From assembly GCA_965644315.1 (NCBI GenBank), contig CBFFRQ010000031.1, positions 372,001 through 436,000 of the forward strand: 64,000 bases of DNA, read 5' to 3'. The notes beneath the pieces were generated by a model, which was not told the DNA's origin, did not search any database, and saw nothing but the letters and a program-made list of their open reading frames with translations. The position numbers and the translations under genes are program-made. The stretch comes from Caecitellus pseudoparvulus. Taxonomy: Eukaryota; Protista; Bigyra: Bicosoecida. Each line of letters begins with the position of its first letter. Position 1 is the stretch's first letter. Below, piece by piece: positions 10,865 through 22,008 of this stretch.

Positions 10865-11927
10865 TCACTGCTTGTTGAAGGCGCCCTCCAAGACCTTGGC
10901 CAGGAACATGGGGGCCTGGGAGGCGTCGAAGTCGATGGCGCTGTGCAGGAACGCCGGCAGCCGGTCAGTCCCGGTGCCCGGTGTGTATCGCACAGACGTG
11001 CTGCTGGATCCATCCCGGCTCTTTCCAGCTGAGAATCGCAGGGTGAAGGTCACCTTCGTGTGCTTGCTCACGAGCACAGAGACGGTGTACGCTGCTTGCT
11101 CCCCCTCCACCGGCGCGATCTTCATGCGCGTCATGTGTTGGAACACCTTCACAAGCTGGTGCTCGGCAGCTGCAGAGCTGTCCCCGCTGCCACCAGCGTG
11201 AGCGGCAGCGCCTGCTCGCTCAAGCTCCGACTCCAGCTCGGTCACTGTGACGGGCGAAGGGTGGTGATGTGTGGCCCTGCTGCGGCGCATGCAGCCCTTG
11301 CAGCATGTCTGCACTCACCACGAGCGTGCAGCACAGCCAATGCCTTTGTCGCCTCCACGTGAGCTGCCTGCAGCGCAGCATGCTCAGCAGCCAGCGACGC
11401 GCCAGAAGTGCTCTGCGCTTGCCCCAGCTCTGCGCGGAGGGTTTGGTTCTCCTGGCGCAGAGCCTCAATCACAGCTTGCTGGGCAGTAATGCGAGTCTCC
11501 CAGATCTTCTGTGCAGCTGACAAGTCAGCCTCGGCCTGTGTGGACCTCATGTGGCGCAGCTCCTCAAAAGCGTCCTTGAGAGCAGCGTAACGCGTCTGTG
11601 AAACGCCAAGGCCGGGCTGTGGGTGCCGAGCGACACAGGAAGGCCACCTGGACGTCGCGCTGCGTAGACGGCACGTACGTTCTCAACACCTGGCGCTGCT
11701 GGTGCCAGGGGCATGGTGCTGGCCTTGGCCGGGGCTGTGGACAGGATGTTGTGCACTGCTGCTAACGCCTGTGCTTTCGGAGGGTGGACGGTGCACCGAC
11801 GGCAGCCTGGCGCTGGCGCCCCGGCGAGACTCACAGACTCCTCGAAGCTCCGCCTGCGAGAGGAAGTCCCCGCTGAGGCGTAGGAATGCCGGACACCTGC
11901 TGCCGCCAGGGGCCGGGTGGAATCCAT
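10865..11927 (-). CDS. Monopolin subunit Csm1/Pcs1-like kinetochore protein (spliced)
   Basis: Coiled coil (FEELRHMRSTQAEADL..) then an RWD-like C-terminus (VFQHMTRMKI..VRYTP..LPAFLHSAIDFDASQAPMFLAKV) across ORFs 11547-11957, 11242-11550 and 10865-11314. Confidence 0.6.
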
Positions 11928-12323
11928 GCTTCCGTTCAGCTCTGTCTCAAGTGTCACAGGCGAAACGCAGGCTCAGAAGCAGTCGCTCGCTGCCTGTGGG
12001 GAGCGCTTGAAGGGGTAGCATGTTGATAATGGAGTGTCGAATGACTTTGCCGTGTCTTGCTGGAGAGCTGCCCAACGCACAGCTTCAGTGAGGCCCCCTC
12101 ACGCCGGAGCCCTGCGGCGCCGCTGCTGCCGCCCACTTGCAAGCGCCGAAACTGGCAGAGGAGCGCCCCCCTCTGACATGGAAGACGGAGTCACACACCA
12201 TGCACAGCAACAAAACTGCACATTCAGCAAGCTGCCTACCAGAGAGTCATGTGCGCTCGCACTGCACGCGGCTCCGCTGCGCCTGTCAAGCACTGCAGCA
12301 GCACGCCAACGGCACCACCCAAC

Positions 12324-15300
12324 ATGGCGTCCGAGTTCTCCAGCACCGTCAGCCCACCGCGCACAGAGCTGGGACTGGGCACCATGCCGTCCACCCAGCT
12401 CCTTGCCACGGCCAGCATGTCCAACTATGCCGCCGAGCGCAAGTACGCCCAAGCCCACCCAACGTGGCACAAACCCCAGATCATGCACTGCCCCAAGCCC
12501 TCTGGGCTGCCTGAGAGCCGCGGAGTGCAGGTGAGTGCATGCTCTGGTGTGCATGTGCCTCTCCTCTGCATGCAAGCGACTGTGTTGGACGTCAAGGGCT
12601 CACCGCCCCGGCGTCCCTCCCGACGGCGTGCCACCGTTGGTGGAAAACGGCTTTGCAACGGCTGCTTAGCAAGGCCGCAGCCCTTCACATGTCGCCCCGC
12701 GCGCGCCTCGCAGAACACAATGGACAGGGAATACGAAGGCCCTCTTCCAACAGGCGAGGCCTGGGCAGGTGACGCGTACGCTTCTCCGCGGGAGAAGCTG
12801 CGCCGTCGGCTGCCCGACCCAAAGACCGAGCAGCTGCAGCGCACGCGGTCAGACTACTTCCTGCAGCAGATGACGCTGCACTACCTCGCGTACTACGTGG
12901 AGGATGTCCGGGGATCTGCCCTGGAGACTCAGCGGGCCCGCATCGTGCGTTTCGACTACTTTGTGGAGGACGACACGCTGCGGGTGTACGAGCCGAGGGA
13001 AGACAACTCTGGCCTTGACCAGGGCATGCACTTGAAGCGCCACAAGGCGTTCACGGACGACGGCCAGCGTGTGACCCCCCTCATCATCACCATTGGCTCC
13101 CAGTTGACGCTGTTCGGCACGACGTACACCATCGTGGACGCCGACGCCCGCACACGGGCCTTCGCGCTGCGCCAGCTGGGGCTGGAGCTGGGGGAGCGGC
13201 AGCCCATCCCACCCCGCTACGTGCACCCGCCCACAAAGCGCCTGCACTGCGTGCGCCCCACTACTGTCGTGTACGACGTCGGGTACAAGGAGAACCCCAC
13301 GCTGGGCTTCTACTCCCGGGCTGGGGACACACGGGGCCAATTCCAGGACCACGCAGGGGAGGTCCTGCGCTTCGAAGCGGAGTGGACGGATGCTGCGGCT
13401 GGTGGGGACACGCACACCCTTCTGCTGCATTACTACCTCGCAGACGACACGCTGGAGCTCATCGAGCCCCCCTACCACAACAGTGGCCGGGGCCCCTTCG
13501 TCAAGGTTCTGGCGCGGCAGCGCCTGCCCCGAGTGGCAGTGGCGGCAGCCCCCACGCCAGCCCCCACAGGGGCAGCCCGCCTGGGCTTCCAGTCCCCGGA
13601 AGAGGCCTCCGCGGGGGTGTCTGCTGAGCTGGAGGCCAAGCGCATGCAGCAGAGGTACCGATTCTCCCGCGGCGCGGACTGGCGGTACCACCACTCCTCC
13701 CCCATCACCGGCAAGCCGATGTACACAAGCCCAGCTGGCGTGCCTGCCACCCCGCCACCCCCTGGCACTGCCTCCTACATCACAGCGGCAGACTTGGTGT
13801 GTGGCCGGACGCTCACGGTGTACGGCAAGCCCCTGCTCCTGCGGCGGGCAGACCCCTGGACCGTGCAGTGGTTCCGGCAGCAGCTGGGCGTGGACCAGAC
13901 GCAGCACTTCGTCACTGCCCCTCGAGGCAGCACGGCCCTGCCAGGCCAGCGCGTGCAGCCTGGGCTGGGCTGCGCCACTGCCCCGCCACCCGTCCCGCCC
14001 CACGTCGGAGCCACCGCCATCGGGGACGAAGCGGAGACACGCCACAACGCACACAAGCTCATCCCGACGCCCCTGCCTGGCAAGGACGTGGAGCAGCTGT
14101 ACAAGCAAGCTGGCAAGGTCATGCGCTTCCACGCGCGGCTGGTGACAGAGCACCCCATCGCCTCTCAGCGCCGCTTCGTCATGTCGTACTACCTGGAGGA
14201 CGACACGCTGCAGGTGTTTGAGACGGCAGCGCCCAACTCGGGCTTGACCACTGGCAAGTTCCTGGACCGCGGCGCATACCGTGTGCTGGAGGGCGACGAT
14301 GCCGCGGCAGAGGCCGCGTCCACCACCAAGCTGGCCCGGGAACGGCGCTTCGGTACCGTGGGGTACCTGCTGGGCTACGAACATGGGTACGGCCAGGGGT
14401 ACGCGGGGGGGTCCTTGGGTAAGGAGGACCGTGTGGGCCCCGGCGGCACCGGCGTCGCCCTCGCTCGCGGTGTGGGCGTGCACACAGACACTGTCACCAC
14501 CTTGGCAGCGGCGGCAGCACAGGGGCACCCCATCCGGTCACACCACCTGCGGCGTGGAGCCAAGCTGACCTTTGCACATGCGCCTGCCCAGACGTTTGAG
14601 CTGCTGGAACCAGACGCTTTCACTGCGCATCTCCTCACTGACATGGGGGTGGAGGGGTATGAGGTGCCTGGTGGCGACGAAGCCTCCGCCGCTGCAGACG
14701 AAGCCCGCGAAGAGGCACTGCCCCAGGCCCAAGAAGCCCTGCTGGCGCTCCTGTCAGGCTGCATGGCCTCTGCCCGCACCGTGTGTCGCCAGGCTGACTA
14801 CGGCAGCACCGGTGCACTGCACCCTGCAGCGGTTCGGACAGCTTTGCGACGGTACGGCGTAGCACCGCCTGCCGTGCCGGCGGGGGACTTGGATACAGTG
14901 CTGGCTGCGCACACCATCACCCTGCAACAGGCAGCGGACCGGAGCCTGCCCGCAGAGTGTGTTGGTCTCGTGGACTACGCCGGTCTCTTTGACGCGTTGA
15001 AGGCGAGGCAGGCCACGCTGCAGGCGCAAGCTGCTCGCAGTGACACCAAGCTGCTGGGGCAGCTGCGGTACGCCCTGCTGTCATCCCGGACGCACCTTCG
15101 GGAGGTGTTCCGGAACTTGGGGCTGGCCGTGCCGGGCTGCATCACGCCTGCGGAGTTCCGGCGCATGCTGCGGCGGCACAACTTGGACTTGGGCATGGGG
15201 GAGCGGGAGTTGTTGGAGGCCATGGCACACTACCCCCCCGCGCCGGTCGAGGCGGCGGCACAGGAGGGCAGCATCAGCCTGCGCGGCTTCATCGAGCGCC

Positions 15301-15929
15301 TGGTGGATGCCCATGGCCTGGGGCCCGCAGAGGTGGAGGACTTCGTGTCTCTCGTCACCGGCACGCGGCGCAGCCCGCGGGAGGGCGCCGCCGCGGGGCC
15401 GCCCGTGTTCAACCCCGTCAACCGCCAGCCCCTGTGGGCGGAGAGCGGGGCCAAGAAGGAGGCTCCTGGCAGCCCATTCCCGCCGCCAGTCCCTGCCGTG
15501 GAGGAGGCCCAGCCGCCCCTGGATACCAGTGTGGAGGAAGGAGCGGCTGCGGGCGGCAACCCTGACACTGCCGGCGCCAGCACGCCTTCACGGAGCACAG
15601 CGACTCCCCGCGTGACGCCGAGGGAAGAAGAGGGACCTTCACCTGCGAAAGATCCAGGGGCATCCAGTGGGGCAGCTGAGCTCTTCGGCCGCCTGGGTGA
15701 CTTCTTCCAGTACCGCCGCAGTGACCTGCACCGCACCATGGCGCTGTATGACCCCGGCTGCACCGGCAGCATCTCCGTCTCCTCCCTCATTGCTGCCTTG
15801 GAGTCTGCTGGCTTCAGTCTGCTTCCTTCAGAAGAGTCCACGTTGAGGCGTGTCCTGCAGCCTGCCACGGACAAGGTCGGCAAGCTCAGCTACGGAGACT
15901 TCCTTCTGCAACTCCTTGCTGCACCGTGA
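12324..15929 (+). CDS. EFHC1/EFHC2 (Rib72)-like ciliary microtubule inner protein: 3 DM10 domains plus EF-hands
   Basis: Three DM10 signatures (YFVEDDTLRVYEPREDNSGLDQG; YYLADDTLELIEP..NSGRGPF; YYLEDDTLQVFE..NSGLTTGKFL) and degenerate C-terminal EF-hands. Probable intron near 12531-12713. Confidence 0.9.
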   Translation: MASEFSSTVSPPRTELGLGTMPSTQLLATASMSNYAAERKYAQAHPTWHKPQIMHCPKPSGLPESRGVQVSACSGVHVPLLCMQATVLDVKGSPPRRPSRRRATVGGKRLCNGCLARPQPFTCRPARASQNTMDREYEGPLPTGEAWAGDAYASPREKLRRRLPDPKTEQLQRTRSDYFLQQMTLHYLAYYVEDVRGSALETQRARIVRFDYFVEDDTLRVYEPREDNSGLDQGMHLKRHKAFTDDGQRVTPLIITIGSQLTLFGTTYTIVDADARTRAFALRQLGLELGERQPIPPRYVHPPTKRLHCVRPTTVVYDVGYKENPTLGFYSRAGDTRGQFQDHAGEVLRFEAEWTDAAAGGDTHTLLLHYYLADDTLELIEPPYHNSGRGPFVKVLARQRLPRVAVAAAPTPAPTGAARLGFQSPEEASAGVSAELEAKRMQQRYRFSRGADWRYHHSSPITGKPMYTSPAGVPATPPPPGTASYITAADLVCGRTLTVYGKPLLLRRADPWTVQWFRQQLGVDQTQHFVTAPRGSTALPGQRVQPGLGCATAPPPVPPHVGATAIGDEAETRHNAHKLIPTPLPGKDVEQLYKQAGKVMRFHARLVTEHPIASQRRFVMSYYLEDDTLQVFETAAPNSGLTTGKFLDRGAYRVLEGDDAAAEAASTTKLARERRFGTVGYLLGYEHGYGQGYAGGSLGKEDRVGPGGTGVALARGVGVHTDTVTTLAAAAAQGHPIRSHHLRRGAKLTFAHAPAQTFELLEPDAFTAHLLTDMGVEGYEVPGGDEASAAADEAREEALPQAQEALLALLSGCMASARTVCRQADYGSTGALHPAAVRTALRRYGVAPPAVPAGDLDTVLAAHTITLQQAADRSLPAECVGLVDYAGLFDALKARQATLQAQAARSDTKLLGQLRYALLSSRTHLREVFRNLGLAVPGCITPAEFRRMLRRHNLDLGMGERELLEAMAHYPPAPVEAAAQEGSISLRGFIERLVDAHGLGPAEVEDFVSLVTGTRRSPREGAAAGPPVFNPVNRQPLWAESGAKKEAPGSPFPPPVPAVEEAQPPLDTSVEEGAAAGGNPDTAGASTPSRSTATPRVTPREEEGPSPAKDPGASSGAAELFGRLGDFFQYRRSDLHRTMALYDPGCTGSISVSSLIAALESAGFSLLPSEESTLRRVLQPATDKVGKLSYGDFLLQLLAAP

Positions 15930-16107
15930 GCCCCCCCCCACACACACCCGCTGGCGCTCAGGCGCCAGTGCAGGATAATGTATGCGCATGCGAAGACACA
16001 ATTACTATCAACCCACTCCCATGCTCACCACCTTAGATTCCCCCTGTGTCGGTGTGCAGTGCTTGTCGGCCAAGGCACACACGCCAAATCCCGCAGTTCA
16101 CCACGCC

Positions 16108-17184
16108 ATGGGGGCAGGCGCGTCGTCATGGACGGCACGTGACATGCCCAGCAGCATTGAGGGGCAGATTGTTGTTGTGACAGGTGGGAATGCCGGCTTG
16201 GGGTTTCAGCTCTGCAACTTCCTCGCCCAAGCAGGCGCAATCGTGGTTATGGCAGGCCGAAGTGAGGCTCGACTTGCCAACGCACGCAGCCGCATAACTG
16301 CAGGGACCGTGCACACCATGGTGGTGGACCTGGCATCCTTACGGTCTATTCATGAGTTTGCCGCCAACTTCACCCGCCGCTTCGGCCGTGTCGACATCGT
16401 GCGTGCACGGCGCAGGGCCACACCTCGCGACGCACGAGGTCTCTGTCACACACACCCCAACTCGCCTGCGCAGCTCATCAACAACGCAGGCGTCATGCTG
16501 ACCCCAGACCTGACCCGCACAGAGGATGGCTTGGAGTTGCAGGTGGGAGTGAACCACTTTGGGGCGTTTGCCTTGACAGGCGCGCTGCTGCCGGCTCTCA
16601 AAGCGTCCAGCCTGGACCCAGCCGTGGACACGCGGGTGGTCAATGTCTCCTCCATGCTGCACCGCACCAACCAAGCAGCTGCAGGTGTGGACTGGGACAA
16701 CCTGAACGCGGAGAAGAAGTACGACGCTGCGGACGCGTACAGCGTGTCCAAGCTGTGCAACCTGCTCTTCACGGCCGGCTTCAATGCGTGGGCAGAGGAG
16801 CGCTCCCTGGGTGTGAAAGCCGTCACGGCACACCCAGGCTTCTCTGCCACCAACCTCACGCAGCACATGGCGTGTGGCGCGTGCTTGCGGTGCTGCTTCG
16901 CCTCCCCGCCCAGCGAAGGCTGCCTCTCCATCCTCCGCGCAGCCACTGACCCTGACGTGCAGGCTGGGGAATTCTACGGCCCAAGGGGCTCCTGTGGCGG
17001 AGGGGAGCGAGAAGGACCGCCGGAGCTGTGCGTGCCCAGCGCAGCGGCTCAGAACAAGCTCGATGCCGTGCGTTTGTGGGACGTGTCTATGCACCTAACC
17101 AACGTCAACTTTGACGAGCAGCTGGCCCAGGCACTGCCTGATGCCGCAGGTGGTGTGGCGGAGTCCAAGGCGCCGCGCACCTAG
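16108..17184 (+). CDS. Short-chain dehydrogenase/reductase (retinol dehydrogenase/WWOX-like)
   Basis: TGGNAGLG, LINNAGVM, VNHFG and YSVSK motifs; possible N-myristoylation (MGAGAS); in-frame intron about 16399-16473. Confidence 0.93.
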   Translation: MGAGASSWTARDMPSSIEGQIVVVTGGNAGLGFQLCNFLAQAGAIVVMAGRSEARLANARSRITAGTVHTMVVDLASLRSIHEFAANFTRRFGRVDIVRARRRATPRDARGLCHTHPNSPAQLINNAGVMLTPDLTRTEDGLELQVGVNHFGAFALTGALLPALKASSLDPAVDTRVVNVSSMLHRTNQAAAGVDWDNLNAEKKYDAADAYSVSKLCNLLFTAGFNAWAEERSLGVKAVTAHPGFSATNLTQHMACGACLRCCFASPPSEGCLSILRAATDPDVQAGEFYGPRGSCGGGEREGPPELCVPSAAAQNKLDAVRLWDVSMHLTNVNFDEQLAQALPDAAGGVAESKAPRT

Positions 17185-17597
17185 TCGGCCTCGTCTTGCC
17201 GCTGAGCCTTGCAGGGGAGGCACGCTGCGCCATCCACAATGTCGCAGGGGCTACCCGACCCCCCCCCCAAACAGGCTCGGACCAATGCACGGTGCATGTT
17301 GGGCGCAGCATGGCGCCCGGCGTTCTTGTGGCCACACAGCATGCCGCACAGAGCCTCTGCTGCACTCTCATCACGCGCAGGGTTGGCGCAGACCTTGAGC
17401 CGCAACCCTGGCGAAGCCACAACTTGCCCCCCCTTCCGCAAGGCTGGCCTCACCACCTGTCGCTGACACTTCTCTCCGCGCAGTGTTGTCACTGGTTTAC
17501 AAAGCATCTCAAGAGAACAAGCCCTGTCCCCTCTCCCTGCTTCCCTGCTCTGTGCCACCTCGCCTGCCCGCTCAGCGTTTCACTGCCGTTTCACATC

Positions 17598-18134
17598 ATG
17601 GCTTCCGAATCCACCCCAGCGTCCCCGCCAAGCGAAGCGTCAGAGGACCCTCTCGTGCAGTACATAGTCGTGAGATCAGACCTTGACTGGCCTTCCGGGG
17701 CGTTGATGGGCCAGGCTTCCCATGGTGAGCTACTACGTGCCCACCCCCTGTCACCCACAACAGCATGCTGTGCCGCAATCCGTACCATTGCGCGCAGCAT
17801 CCATCGCTGCTCTGTATGAGCACGGAGAGCTTCCAAAAACCAAAGAGTACTTGAAGCAGCTCAAGTCCATGCATACTGGTGAGTGGCCTGCGCATGCACG
17901 CCCGCTTCCCGCGAGCAAGCCTGTGTCCCCTCCTTGCCGGCTCCAGTTGTCTTGGCTGCAAAGAGCGAGGCAGTGCTGCAGAAGACAGCCGCGAAGCTGG
18001 CAGAGCAGAAGGTGCCCCACTACGTATGGATTGAGCAGCCCGAGGGCATAGCGTCAGCGCTGGCGACCGCGCCTGTGAACAAGTCACTGGCACGTGCCGG
18101 TAAGTGGTTCGGCCGCCTGCGCATGTTCAAGTAG
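17598..18134 (+). CDS. PTRHD1: Peptidyl-tRNA hydrolase domain protein (PTH2 family), 3 exons
   Basis: LVQYIVVRSDL.WP.GALMGQASHAS, MHTVVL and WIEQPEGIASALATAP, joined by two GT-AG introns. Confidence 0.88.
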
Positions 18135-18149
18135 CAGGGCCGCGGGCAG

Positions 18150-21100
18150 TCACAGGTAGGCCACTGACGAGGAGCTAGTGTTGGCAGCTGAAAGTTGCCA
18201 GCCGGGGCGCATGGGGCTTGTCCGCCCTGTCGCATCAGACATGATAGACGCGTGTGGAGTGGCGATGACGCTGGGCTTGCCTTTGCGCTGCACAACCTGG
18301 CCTCGGGAGTCAATGACCACCGTCCCACTGCGGTCATACCGCAGTTGAGGGTCCGGCTTGGATGGAAGCTTCACCATGGTGCTTGCGGCAGCCTGCATGA
18401 GCTTGTGGGTGCCGACTGAGGACGCTGTGGCTGGCCGCGAAATGCCCGGCAGGACTGTCCCCTTCGACACCAGCCTCCGCTGCGCATCGAGCGCCGCCCG
18501 CAAGCTGCGCGAGGCGAGAGCGTCTTCTCGAGTTTGGGCCTGGTACGCTTTGATTTGCTGCTCCAGCTTCTTGATGTACTGCATGGTCGGGTGCCCGCTC
18601 ACCTCCTTCAACACCTGGGCTTCCAGCTTGTCTCGCAGGCCGTGCTTGACCATGGCCTGCAGCGAGGCTGTGTACATCTGCAGGGTCGACAGGTCCATGG
18701 CATGGATGTCTGCAGATGCGTCCAGCTCCTCAGTGCCGTCAGAGCCTGTCACGTGCCACCGCTGCGTGGAAACAGGCTGGGGGTCTGCGGCAGCCATGTG
18801 CTCGGCGGCGGAGCGCTCCAGAATGGCTCGCTGCGGCTTCTTCCCTTGTCCATGGAGCAGTCTCGGAGCCGGTCGACCGAGAGAATGCAGGAGGTGGTGC
18901 AGTTCAGCTGCCGGCCGTTGTTTGTCGAAGAGCGGGCAGGGTGGCAGGCACTCCTTCGGCACGTGCACTTGCCTCTGCCCACGAACCTGCAGGATGGGGA
19001 ACACGCCCTGCCGCAAGTCTGATACTAGCTTGCACAGCATGATTGCGTACTCCACGAAGCGCAGCAGGTCTTCTTGTGTGCCCTCCAGCCGCTCCTGCAC
19101 CGCAGAGTACTGCTGCTGCGCTTCTCGCCTGAGCTCTGTACGAGCACTTTCTGCAGCTCCGGCTGTGTCTTTCAGCTTCTGCTGCAGTAGTTGCACTTCA
19201 GCTGCAGCAGAAGCTCGAACTGTCGCGATGTGCGCGTCGTACCGCCTTTCGTACTCCTGCTCGACGTTTTTCGGCGTGTGGGGGGTGGGGGTGGACACAG
19301 CTGCCAGCAGCGCGTCTGGCCGCGCGGTCGCACGCAGAACTTGAGTCTCCACCATGCGTGTCCCCTCATTCATCACAGTGCGAACCTTGGCGTCAGCTGC
19401 GAGCCTTGCGGCCTCAACCTCATGCTCCACGCTCCGCTGTGCTTCTGCAGCCTGCCGTACGGCCTCCTCTGCCGTGGCCCGTGCGGCCTTGACCTGTTGG
19501 CGCAAATGCTCAGCCTCAGCCCTCGCGCTTTCCCGGACCTCTGCCAGGAGTTTCTTGGTCGCCTTGACTTTGGACTTGGATGATGCGAGCGCGTCTCGCT
19601 CGGTGGCTTGCAAGAGCTCCTGCTGGAAGCCCCCCTGCCCGCCGCAGTACTTGCGGGACAGGCTGACACCGATCCTGGCCGAGAGCCTCGCAGCTTCATC
19701 TGCACCGAACATGGCAGAGGCATCGCCATGAGCGATTCCGCTGCTGAAGCTGCCTGATGGTTCACGCGCTAGCAAGGAGGGGCTCAAATCCTCCACGAGC
19801 CGCTGCGCGTACTGAGACCTGCACGCTTCTTCGTCAGTCATGCCGATGATGGTGCCGTCCTCAAGCTGAAACTGGCCGTTGGGCAACATCGCGCCTGGAA
19901 GCCCCAGCTCCAGGATAAGGCGCGTCATGCGCATGTCACAGGCAATGCGCATGAGTGCGACTTGCCGGCGAAGCTGGGCGTTCTCAGCCGACAGCGCGGC
20001 AAGGCGCTGCTCCTTGTCGTCTGTGGCGGTGCGAGCATGGTTCACGACAGGACGAGTGTGCACTGACCTGCACCGCTGGGCAAACTGGAGCGTGGACATG
20101 CTCTCGTCAAAGTCCGCTGCGCGAGGGTGCACAGCTGCCAACACGGAGGTGATGCTGTTGCCACCCAGCGAGTTCTGCAGGAGGCGGGTGAGTTTGGAGA
20201 TGCGGTACGGCACGTGAATGCCGGGATCGCCGCCGCCACTCTGCAGGGCCATGACGACCTTTCCCAGCGCCGAGAGGGAAGAGTTTATGGCCATGGCCTC
20301 CACCATGCGCTGGCCCCTGGATTCACTGCGGGCCAGGCGCTCAGACCCAGCCAAGTCCACCATGTTCAGCATGCCGGTGATGGTGTCTCCAGTGTTCTTG
20401 TCCTTCTGGATGACATGAAGCGTCAGCACAGTGTGGCTGCGCGACGAAACCGTGTTCATCTTCGTCTCGTGGGTCGCCCGCAGCCGGAACCCCATCTGCA
20501 CCATGGCCATCACCTCCTCTGGCGTCCCGACGGGGATCACGCTTAGGTCCTTGACAAAGACGTTCCCTCCGGCATCTTCGTGGATGCGGAGGCTCTCTGC
20601 TGCATATCGTTGAGCGACGCTGTCGCGTCGTGTGGCAGCAAAGGCGGCCTTGGTGTTCCCGCCACGGTACCAATCACTCGTCCGCTGGGCGGTGCGGCCA
20701 GCCTCGCTGCCGTGCTGCAAGTACGCCGTCCCCAGGTCCCGGATGCGGTCGCAGTAAATCTCCAGGAACGACCCCACCACTGCCACTTCATGAGTCGCAG
20801 CCCTCGCCTCGAGTGCGGCAAACACAGCCTCCACAGCTCGTGGGATCATGCCTCGGCTTCCACCTCGCTCCCCGAACATCCTGTGCAACGAGGCTCGGAG
20901 ACACTGGCTACGGTGCTGTGTGGAACGCTTCGGGGCTGCTCACGTGAATGTCTTTCCTGACCCTGTCTGGCCGTATGCAAAGCAGCAGGCGTTGTATCCC
21001 CGCAGGACGTGCTGCAGCATGCCACTGATGACCTGCGAGGCACGCTCGGGGAGCTCTGCAGCGCTGCAATCCACGAGGCATGCCCTCTTCAAGGCTCACC

Positions 21101-21508
21101 GTGTCATATACTTCATCTTGGGTTGAAGCTTGGTCGAAGACTCCGTCGAATTCGTGTGCCTGGGCACCACCGTCGCCAGCAGGCGGCTGCGTTTGCAGGA
21201 GGGAGGACTCCTGAAGGCACGATTCCAGGTCAATGCATCCAAATTCATGCTCACCTTTGAAATCAAACTCGAGGGCAGATCAGGGTCAACCTGGAGGCAT
21301 GGCTGTGAATCTGGGGTGTCGTACACTGGCCGCAACCGCACAAAGACCTGCGCATGCATCACAGCGTCCGTGCAGTACTGGTCCGCGCAGGTGTTGACTT
21401 GCCGGTGCGGAAATCGATGCACCACCCCACCTTGACCCTGGCAGACACCGCAGGCTCATGTGCATGCCGATGTATACCCTTGCCGAGCTCACTTGACGGA
21501 GATGCCAT
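18150..21508 (-). CDS. Kinesin motor protein with long coiled-coil tail (spliced)
   Basis: RVK|[57 protein letters not shown]; ATG in GCCATGG context at 21508. Confidence 0.93.
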
Positions 21509-22008
21509 GGCGCATGCGGGTCCTGCATTCAGCCCGCTGGCGTCCTTCCTTTGGGGCCCACCAACGCAGCAGGCAGCGCAGATAGCCGCTGGCCGAGGGC
21601 GACTTCACGGACACTGGTGCTCTAGATCCCTTGGCGATGCCTTTGTACCGGGATGGCTTGTCAGAGAGGCGCCTAGATTTTTTCTTTTTCTGACATACCC
21701 GCACTAGCGCCTATGTGACAAAGGCAACAATAGTTACAGTTACTCGGGAAAGCACTCACCTTTTTACTTTGCTATGGACACTCCGCTTTTCAACAAAACA
21801 CGCATCGAGTGCCCGGCAGGCAGCACACGGTAGCAGGCGTGCCCTCTGCAATCATTGCGACCCACGTACATTCGCACTGGCCTGACACTTGGTCGTGTCA
21901 CTGCCGGGCGCTTGGCGGGTGGTACGAAACACGCGACTGACCCAAGTGCACGTGGCCAAGGGGGCAGCGACACGGGAGCGACACATAGGCCCCCAGCCTC
22001 TCGTACTC

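Noticed and set aside
5617-14528. Long antisense ORFs (5617-7221, 7461-9176, 12849-14528 and similar)
   Set aside because: Shadow frames of GC3-rich genes on the opposite strand; no recognisable motifs.
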